Assembly: GCF_009914755.1 (NCBI RefSeq)
Contig: NC_060946.1
Strand: one strand, 5' to 3'
From: the human T2T-CHM13v2.0 reference genome, Homo sapiens
Length of the DNA: 64,000 nucleotides
This document shows, in pieces, positions 53,870 to 64,000 of the stretch. How positions within the stretch are numbered: the stretch's first letter is position 1; the number at the start of each line of letters is the position of its first letter. Made by a program: the position numbers and the translations under genes. The notes beneath the pieces are model-generated. The model was not told the DNA's origin. It worked only from the letters and a program-made list of their open reading frames with translations, and searched no databases.

Positions 53870-55340
53870 TGTAGCAGACCATCGGGACCCTGACAGGGTA
53901 ACAGTGGGGTACTGAGTCACGGGACGAGGCCATCTGGATTCACGCACCTGAAAATCTTGATGTCCTTGAATTTTCCAAACCTGCAGAAGTGGCCCTCCCT
54001 TACTCATTGAAACCCATGTCTCCCTTCCTTTTGCCTGAAGATGATGCAGAGACCTCTGACCTGTGAGATTGTATCCACCACCACAAGTGTCCCCAGAAAT
54101 CTGCCACCACCTCCTATTAAGACCAATGGACCAATAACTAGAATTGAGTCCCAAAGAAACCTGGCAAGGAATGTGATAGACCTGCTGCAGAACTAAGGAG
54201 CTCCAGAACCAGCCAACACGTGCAGTGGGCCCCAGGCGAGTGTGTATGGGGCTGGATTCTGAGGGTGTAAGATCAAAGTGCAAAACCTAAGATTGGATTG
54301 GGGAGGGTTTATCTGCTGGAAGCACTCTCCTGGGACGCAGGCTTTAACCCCCTAGCAAAGACATTGAGGCATTCCGCAAGCCCGCCGCAAGGATTGCCCT
54401 TAGGAGGACAGAGAAAGCAATGGTCCGTACCAAGCAAGGTCATAATGCCAGATGTGCTGTGGCAGATGGTGGGAGAGGAATCAAAAGGTCCTGGGAGGCC
54501 AGGTGTGGTGGCTTATGCCTGTAATCCCGGCACCTTGGGAGGCCACTGTGGGAGAATGGCTTGAGGCTAGGAGATCAAGACCAGCCTGGGCAATATAGTG
54601 AGACCCTGTCTGTACAAAAGATTAAAAAAAATTAGTCAGGCATGGTGGCACACTCCTGTAGTCCCAGCTACTAGGGAGTCTGAGGTAGGAGGATTGCTTC
54701 AGCCTGGGGAGTTTAAGACTGTAGCCAGCTGTTCCAGCCTGGGCGACAGAGTGAGACCCTGAAAAAAAGAAAGAGAGAGAGAGAGAGAAAGAAAGAGAGA
54801 GATGGAGAGAAAGAAAGGAAGGAAGGGGAAGGGAAGGGAGGAAGGGAAGGAAGGAGAGAAAGAAAAAAGAAAAGAAAGAAAGAGAGAGGGAGAAAGAAAG
54901 GAAGGAAGGGAGAGAGAGAGGGAAAGAAGGAAAGAAAAGAAAAGAAAGAAAGAGAGAGAGAGAGAGAAGGGTTCTGAGAGTGCTTAGCTGGAAAGGCAAT
55001 ACCAGGTACTCATGGACATCTCCCCAAGTGAGAGAATTCTCAGGAGGGCCTGGGGACTGCAGTCTGTAATTGATTGATAAGCGGTGCACTGGTGAGAGAA
55101 ATCCAGCATCCTTGAGAAACTCAGTGGGTAGTTCTCTAGACCAGGCCAGCAGGGGAAGCTGGTAAGGAAGTTGATAGCAATACGGATGGAAGGACCATGC
55201 AGTGATAGTGTCACATTGTCAGGGCTTAAGCATAGGAGCCAGGTGTGTGGCAAAAGATGAAGTGGCAGCAAGGCACCTGACATTGAATGATGGAGTCAGT
55301 CAGTATAGCATGGCACCTCTCGGGGCAAGATGCATAAGCC
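53870..55340 (+). mobile_element. Degenerate ERVL-class gag (internal) relic, interrupted by an Alu and GA-rich tract (54497-54970)
   Basis: Frameshifted remnants VWGWILRV*DQ / NLRLDWGGFI / LEALSWDAGFNPLAK at ~54244-54360 resemble HERV-L/MuERV-L Gag (WEWILRVWD..NIKLD.AEFID.G.LSRDS.FN). Confidence 0.65.
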
Positions 55341-57299
55341 ACCAAGAAAGGGACAGCTTCTAATCTTTTTAGCTTATTTTTTATTTTTTTGTTGAGATGG
55401 GGGGGTCTCACTAGGTTATCCAGAGTAGTCTCGAACTCCTGGCCTCAAGTGATCCTCCTGCCTCAGCCTCCCAAATTGCTGGGATTACAGGTATGAGCCA
55501 TAGCTTCCGGCCTAGCTTTTAATCTATATTTTCAGAGGGAAGTAAGGAAGAAGGGTCAAACCCCATTAACAAGTTTCTGAAAGAGCCTAACTTGCAATGT
55601 CTAGTCATTCCAGAGTAGGATATTTACCCCAAGGATTAATTCACTGTAGTTGCTGTGATAAATGACCAAACCATAAACTGAGTGACTAAAAACAAAGACC
55701 TCTAAATGATTACACCTGGTATCTTTGGAGGAGCCATTCAATCTACTATACGCTGCTTCCAAGTCCTTGTAGAAAAACATACGGAAATCATGCATCATCC
55801 CATGGGTGGAAGACCTCGCTCCAGGTTAGTGAACTGCTCTGATTTGTGACTCCAAAGATGGACATTGGTGACAGCAAAAGGAGGACCCAGAATCTCGTGT
55901 ATTCAAACAGAACTCCACTCTCATGAGAGGTCCTTGGATCTAGACCCTTGGGTCAAGCTTCCTCTGAGCATTGTCCAACATCTTCCCACTTGCTGAGAAG
56001 GAAGATTCTTTATGTGGGCCCTGGAATAGCCTCAGTCCAGCCTGATCTCTCTCTCTTCCCTCCTGAAGTTTTATTTCAAACATTTTGAGACTCTAAAAGG
56101 GTTTCTTTGTCTCATTTCTCTCCTCCAGTCCTACTACCAGGGTTGTCTTCAATTTATATCCAATGTTTCTCTGGCCTGGAACTGAGACCTACCTCCCAAG
56201 CAGCGACCCGACCCGTGGAGTGGGGTCCCTGGGGCAAGCGAATGGCCCTTTGCCTGGAGAACCTGGGCCAGCAGTCATGGCAGGTGACACATTCCATTCT
56301 GGGGCGAGGAACCAGGGAGGGAGCACTGCATAGATCAGAAGGGTAAACAAGGGGAGGGAGAAGGAGCAAACTTAGATTTGGGAGGGAAAGAGGGAAGGGT
56401 GCAGAGGAAGCAGAACACGGATGACTGGGCCTCCTTCAGTTGTTCTTGTGACTAGACCCTCCCATCTAAGCCACCAGGGGACAGGAAGGGTATGAGTTTG
56501 AGGACTCTAATGGCCCCAAGGTACTACTGCGGTTTATCCTACTTGTAGGCGGTCCCAAGAGCTTTGTTCTCTCCAGGGACTCCAAAGGGGATGAACTTGC
56601 AAGTCTTTTGTCTCCACTCAGTGCCTTCTCTGATTAGGCCAATAAACATCCCCAGGCCTCAGTCTCAGGCCACTGTAGGGGCTGAGGACAGTGAGAAAGA
56701 TGTGTGAGCATCCACCCTTTGGAGAGGTTGAGTAGGAATGAGAGGTCCCCTGCCTTGCCTTTGGTCCTTGTGAAGGAAGATGTTGGATATTTCCCAGCTT
56801 GGCTGGAATCCGTTCCTCACCCTCCCCATTCAGAGCAGGGATGAGTAAGTCCTCCGCTTTCTCCGCAACCACAATTGTGTTTTTCAGGAAAGGATAAAGT
56901 GGGAAAGATCAGATCCCATGCCTCTTCCTCCTCTAAGTCATGGGATGACTGCAGAGAGTGAGCAAGAGGGTAAAAACAGTGCACTGAGTGTGACGTTTGC
57001 TAAAGGAACAGATAATTGCATCAAAACCTATTTCTAGCAGAGTTGTGGTGCTTGCCTATAATCCCAGCTACTAAGGAGGCTGAGGCTGGAGGATTGTGAG
57101 GCCGGGAGCTCAAGACCAGCATGGGTAGCATAGTGAGAGCTCATCTCTAAAAAACAAAACAAAAAACCACACTTATTTCTAATTGTCTAATTGGTATCCA
57201 CTATCAGACCTTTCTGGGAAGTTTTTTTTCTAACATGCCTAAATGTGGCTTGGAGACTGTTTGGGTGAGGCCAATAGCTTAGCCTTCCTACTTAAGTTG

Positions 57300-58050
57300 T
57301 CTCCTTCATTCATTCAACAAGCAGGTATTATTGAGTGGATTGTTGGGTGCATTTGTGTGTCCTCAGTAGGATGCAGGCATGCAACACATGAAGATATGAT
57401 AATTCCAGTCAGAGGAATGGCCTGTGCAAAGGCCCTGAGGTAGAGAGAAACTTGATAATTGAAAGAACAGAAAGAAATCCAGTGGGACTGGGGAAAGAGA
57501 GGAAGGAGATGAGAGGGGACTTACAGGCAGCCAACAGATCATGTGCAGACAGATCACTTGAAAGCAGAGGCAAATGGCTGGATGTTTTTGTTAATGAAAA
57601 GAGAATTTATTTGAAGATCTTCCATCATTTTTACATGAAGTGATTGATGTGTTAAATGAATGAAATTTAACATTCATGGTGTATGAAATTTATGGAAGAA
57701 AAATTGAAGCAGGCAGAGCATTTTATGGCCTTTGGGCACAAGAGAGTGAAGCTTGTCCCATGTAGAGTCATGGAGAGTGACTGGGAGATTCACCATTAGA
57801 GTTGGCAGATTGGCTCTTGGATTGAATATGGGGCATGAAGCAAAGAGTTGTTGACTCCTGGAAGTTTGACTTTGTCAATGGCGTGGCTACTACTTTCTTT
57901 TATTAAGAGAGAGACAGATGGGAGAGCAACAGGTTTGAGGGAAACACATAAAGTGCTTTGTTTGGACTCATGGGGATTTTTTGGAGAAGACAGACAAGAT
58001 ACAAGTAACAAGATCATGATGTCTGTAATATTTGGGTACAAAATGCAATT
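57300..58050 (+). mobile_element. L2 fragments
   Basis: ttcattcattcaacaag...tgtgcaaaggccctgagg...gcaggtttgaggg L2 motifs. Confidence 0.6.
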
Positions 58051-58618
58051 CATAAACCTGATTGTATAATATGATCCTATTTATGTAAAATCATATATAT
58101 TTAGTTACCTTGATTCAATTTATACATCACTAATTGTTTCCAGTAATATTAACCAAAGGTCTACTATATGCCAAATAACCTTTTATGGCTAGAGATAGAA
58201 AAATGAACAAAACTTACTATGTTCATCCTTATGGAAGATACATAATTCATATTTGTAAACATCACATTTAAGTATGGCAAGAAATCTGGTGGGATGGTTC
58301 CTAAAATGAAACAATAGTTTCATAGGTTTGTGAGAATTTAGGTGATATTTCTACTTAACTTTCATGTACACTAAAAATTTTTCCTATAACTCAAAAAAAT
58401 TTTTTGGAGGCAGATTAGCAAGATATTTATTTTGGAAAAGCAAGAGTCAATCTGAATTGAACTGGAGGGATGCTGAGAGTTCTAGAACTTCATAGAGAGA
58501 AAGAAAACTGAGTTATTGGGTGGGGGTTACACCTATCTTTTTGTCTTTTCTTTTCTTTCTTTCTTTTTTTTGAGATAGGGTCTCCCTCTCTCACTCAGGC
58601 TGAAGTGCAGTGGTATGA

Positions 58619-58885
<267 letters not shown>

Positions 58886-60898
58886 TGACCCCTGACCCTT
58901 CTCCCATGTCCTCAAATTCAAAAACTCACCTCTGGCTGTCCATTCAGTTGTTCTCAAGTCTGACTGTGCTCTTTGTCCTTCATGAACTAGAACTAGTCTT
59001 TCTTTCAAACCATTTTGATAAGCTGATCAATGTCTCCTCATACCATTTTTCTCATTCAGCCTTCCTCCTGGGGTTGGTTTTATTTACCATCTAACAATAT
59101 TTCTGTAACCCTGAGCCTCTAGAGCTGCCTCAGGTGCACTAACGCTGTGACTAGGCTGCCCTGGGACAAGCTAAGAGGTTCTGCGGGGGAGGGTCTGGGC
59201 CCCTGGTGTGGCAGAAGGTGCATCCATCCTGGAGGAAGCCAGAGGACCAAGGGCCAGGAGCCTGGGGGGGATTAGAAGGGACCAGGAGGCCTGGTCCTGA
59301 GCTGGGATGGGAAGGAACGGGAAGGGGCAGGAGCAGGACAGGGATTTCCAGATCCACTCAGCCGCCTCCCTGGGGCTTGGGCTCCTCCATCTGAGGCCAC
59401 CAGGGGGCGGCAAGGGCTTGGATTTGGGGAAGGGAATTGCTGTGGTTTAACCAGGGAGTGTATGAAGCTCCATGGGCTGCTTCCTCCTGAGACCCTTCTA
59501 AGGGAGAAGTGGGGAGTGGAATGTCCAAAATATGTTGTGTCCCAATATGTTCGTTTCTAGAAAGGCTAATAAATAGCCTCAGCCCCCAGCCTCAGAGCAC
59601 TGCATAGAAAGAGGACAGAGGTATTTGAGGGTCATTCTGAGAGAACCTAGAAGGTATTGAGTGGGAATAAACAGTCCCCAGCTCTGCCTTTGGTCCCTGG
59701 GAAACAGAGTGCCTGGATCACTCCACAGTGGTCATCTGGGATCTGGTCCGAGGTCTCTTCCTTGATTCTGTTCCCTGAGCCTTTTTTATTCTATTTTGGA
59801 TCAGATCCATGCACACGTAGCTCAGAGTTGTGCCCAAGATTTCATAAGGAATTTACAGGGTTTTTTCCCCCTCAAACTTATTTCTCTCCACAGTCTGCCC
59901 ATTATTTATGGTTCCCCAGACTTTCCCTTTTGGTCTTCTGGTGAAAAAACTGTGACTTTAATAAGCCTGCGGTGCTGTGCACTTCCTGCAACTGAGTCCG
60001 TGTCCACACCAAACACCAAGAGGACAAAGAGTAACAAAGGTAAGGGGATTAAGTGCCACTGTCTTGGAAATCAGCTCCAAAGATGAGAAAAGAAAGTCCG
60101 CACAGTCTCTACTGTCCCTGCTGTCACCACGAAGAATTTCCTGGAGGCTGGATCATGTAGAATGGAGAGAAGAACAAACATAAGAAAAGGAAAACGTGGA
60201 CATTTCAAATTTGCCCTGAGCACTAGGGGTTTCCTTTCTCATCTTCAAGCCAGAACAGTGGAGCTTCTTCTGGAACTTTTGTGGCTGCACACTGGTACCC
60301 CTTCCAGGTATTGGTCTGCCCTGAGTGCAGGCCACAGGACACTGGGGGAAAATGGGAAGCTCTCTGCTGGTTTGATTTTACTAAAAGTGCTAGTATCTCC
60401 CCTAGTCTGCCTCCAGTGATTTGCTTTTCCAAGTAATCAAATTGATGCTCCATGGATTCTGTCCCAGGTTTTACAGCTGGGCTTGGAGAAAATGTGGTAT
60501 ATGCCACTGCATCCGAAATGGAACCTGAAAACAGTAATAATATTCTAAACGTGAAAATTAAATCAATCTGAATCACAGGCAGTGGAAAACATCAAAAGAT
60601 GAAAGAGTTTTAAAAGTGATTTGAGGAAAGAAACAGGGAGAAATATTTTCACATTGGTTCTATGTTTACTCTATTTATCTTTTTTAATTTAATTTTAAAA
60701 ATAGAGATGAGGAGGTCTCACTATGTTGCCCAGCCAGGCTGGTCTCGAACTCCTGGGCTCAAGCAATTCACCCGCCTCAGCCTCCCAAGGTGATGGATTA
60801 CAGGCATGAGCCACCACACCCGGCCCCTGTGTTTCTTATGTGCTCCTTGATTAAGAAGAGTTGTTTTTTGTTTTTGTTTTTGTTTTTTGTTTTCTTGA

Positions 60899-61252
<354 letters not shown>

Positions 61253-61289
61253 TAATATGAGGAAAAAAATAAAAGATAAAGTTGAATGA

Positions 61290-61530
61290 AATATTTCATA
61301 TATATATGTTTCATATACATGTTTCTTATATATGTTTCATATACATGTTTCATATATATGTTTCATATACATTTCATATATATGTTTCATATACATTTCA
61401 TATATATGTTTCATATATATATTGCAACATATATATGCAATATTCATATATAGCCATATATATGTTTCATATATATATTGCATATATATGTTTCATATAT
61501 GTTTCATACATATGTTTCATGTATATATAG
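61290..61530. repeat. AT-rich tandem repeat (tatatgtttcata-like unit) adjoining the tail end of a minus-strand Alu (61530-61822)
   Basis: Read directly; more than 10 copies of atgtttcata/atttcata. Confidence 0.9.
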
Positions 61531-61836
<306 letters not shown>

Positions 61837-62570
61837 TAAGTATGAAGTCTATATAAAAAAAAAAGGCTCTTACTAGGCTAGAAATGGCCCATTTTAGAAG
61901 CTTTCATTTTCCACCTCACACTCATCTCTCTATAGATCCTCTGCATGGGCAGTGGGTGGGCCCTGTGGTCCTCAGTTCTCAGGCTGAGAACCAGAGGCTG
62001 AAAAGGACAAGTCACCTGCTCATGAGTGGGAAGGGCAGGATTGGGAGCAGCGGACTGTGGCTCCATTGCTCCTTGTTTCCTCCACAGGCCCCTCCCACGT
62101 GTGCCCCTGAATGACCTAGAATGACTAATGTGCTCAAGGGATTTGATGCTGCAGATGCTTCGGCATGAAGGGTGGGGGTGGGGATGGGACAAGGCTGCAG
62201 CTGAAGAGATGGGAGACCAACAACACACAGCAGGGGTTTCCATGGGGTGGGCACCCCCATTTCCTCACAGTTTAGAGAGCCTGGAGGTGGGTGCCAAGCA
62301 GAGGGCACCATGGCGTGGCCCAGGCCTGGAGGTTCACAGAGACACAGGCACAACACAGCAGAGACACTGAGGGCCAGGAGCTCACTCAGATGAGGGACTT
62401 CAGCAGATCTTTCTCTCTTGAGGAAATTAGGTACAAAGGAATCAAGTTCCTACCATCAGAATAGACAACAAGTTTTAATCTCCTCAGCTGAGCCCCGCTG
62501 TCGAGGGAAGCAGAAGTCTCTGAGCCCGGCCCAGGTGAGAGTGGGGTGAGGAGAGGAGCTCAGGGTGCAG

Positions 62571-62615
62571 ATTTGCATGAAGGCCCCACCCTCCTCTGAG
62601 GCAGAGGGGATAAGA
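62571..62615 (+). promoter_or_regulatory. Ig V promoter: octamer ATTTGCAT (62571-62578) and TATA-like GATAAGA (62609-62615)
   Basis: Perfect octamer 110 bp upstream of the leader ATG. Confidence 0.9.
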
Positions 62616-62680
62616 CAAGTCTGGGGGTAGGCCCAGCGCTGGGGTCTCAGGAGGCAGCGCTCTCTCGGGACGTCTCCACC

Positions 62681-63151
62681 ATGGCCTGGGCTCTGCTCCT
62701 TCTCACCCTCCTCACTCAGGGCACAGGTGACGCCTCCAGGGAAGGGGCCTTGGGGACCTCTGGGCTGATCTTTGGTCTCCTGCTCCTCAGACTCACCTGG
62801 GCCCAGCACTGACTCACCAGAGTGTATTTCTCCCTCTTTCCAGGGTCCTGGGCCCAGTCTGTTCTGACTCAGCCTCGCTCAGTGTCCAGGTCTCCTGGAC
62901 AGTAGGTTACTATCTTCTGCACTGGAACCAGCAGTGACATTGGGGGTTATGACCTTGTCTCCTGGTGCCAGTAGCACCCAGGCAAAGCCCCCAAACTCAT
63001 GATTTATGATGTCGGTAATTGGCCCTCAGGGGCCCCTGGTTGCTTCTCTGGCTCCAAGTCTGGCAACACGGCCTCCCTGACCATCTCTGGGCTCCAGGCT
63101 GAGGACGAGGCTGATTATTACTGCAGCTCATATGCAGGCAGCTACAATTTC
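62681..63151 (+). pseudogene. IGLV2-34: IGLV2-family pseudogene: leader 62681-62726, V exon 62844-63151, two in-frame TAG stops
   Basis: Translates as [68 protein letters not shown]...[20 protein letters not shown] at 62903-62905 and 62972-62974. It is the first recognisable V2 gene past PRAME. Confidence 0.88.
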
Positions 63152-63189
63152 CACAGTGGTCCAAGTTCATGCGTAATGAGACCAAAACC
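63152..63189 (+). other. Recombination signal sequence (23-type, spacer 22 bp)
   Basis: CACAGTG at 63152-63158, spacer 63159-63180, ACCAAAACC at 63181-63189. Confidence 0.9.
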
Positions 63190-63690
63190 TGCCCTGGTCT
63201 CTCAGGCTCTCTCTCGCTATGAAGGTGCTTCCTTACCCTGTGCAGAAGAGGGCTTCATGCAACATGGCCTTGAGAATTTCATCCACTCTCAGCCCCTCTC
63301 CCCTCCAACAATGAAATGCAAAAGAAACATGCTCTCTGGTTAATTGTCTAGGGACAATGGCAGCTTCTTCTTTTCCTGTGTGATATGGTCCTGCATGGTG
63401 ACTCTTTCCAACTTTTCAATGGCAGGGACAGAGCAATAGGATCCATCTGCTCAGTACCATTTCTGCAGTTTTCTATGAAACCCTCACATTAAATGCCTCC
63501 ATCTCCCACACTGTGCTGACTGGCCTGGGTCTGTGCTCCAGAAATAACGTCTTACTCAACTCCATATCCACCACGCTGTAGTAAGGATGGCTGTCTTTGC
63601 TGGGTTATTTGTTCCTCTGCAGGTCTCTTCCCAAAGCAACACCAACTGAGAGAAGATCTGAAGATGTTGAGAGAGTGAGCATAAAAGTAA

Positions 63691-63999
<309 letters not shown>

Positions 64000-64000
64000 A

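Noticed and set aside
54622-55089. Ser/Leu/Phe-rich and Lys/Glu/Arg-rich ORFs
   Set aside because: Derived from a GA-rich Alu tail expansion.
60223-60576. Minus-strand ORF with faint V-like wording (LLLFSGS...VSCGLHSG) and an acceptor-like ttttcAG
   Set aside because: Spacing does not fit an Ig V domain, and I found no leader, octamer or RSS. The orientation is opposite to the V genes.
62999-63343. 114-aa ORF as a functional lambda V protein
   Set aside because: It starts at an internal Met downstream of two in-frame stops and reads through the RSS.

Overview
Human (primate) genomic DNA, recognisable as the PRAME region embedded in the immunoglobulin lambda variable locus (22q11.22). The complete PRAME gene lies on the minus strand (~30590-42150). 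I reconstructed its CDS from four GT-AG exons (21+323+609+577 = 1530 nt, 509 aa), with two non-coding 5' exons, a CpG-rich promoter and a G-rich 36-bp repeat in intron 1. The probable first exon and promoter of ZNF280A (minus strand) is near 3 kb. On the plus strand there is a probable PRAME-divergent transcript, a heavily decayed V-lambda relic at 47.6-48.2 kb that the ORF track misses, and an IGLV2-family pseudogene (probably IGLV2-34) at 62.7-63.2 kb. The rest is mostly nested repeats: about 40 Alu pieces between 4 and 29.4 kb, MaLR, ERV1 and ERVL LTRs, L1, L2, DNA transposons and a U13 snoRNA retrocopy. Nearly all other ORFs in the track are Alu or low-complexity artefacts. I cannot support a wholly new biological system. 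The best leads are the hidden V-lambda relic, spliced small ORFs on divergent transcripts from the PRAME and ZNF280A promoters, the G-quadruplex-prone repeat and several template-switch or duplication scars. Gene and repeat names come from recall, not database searches, and repeat boundaries are approximate.
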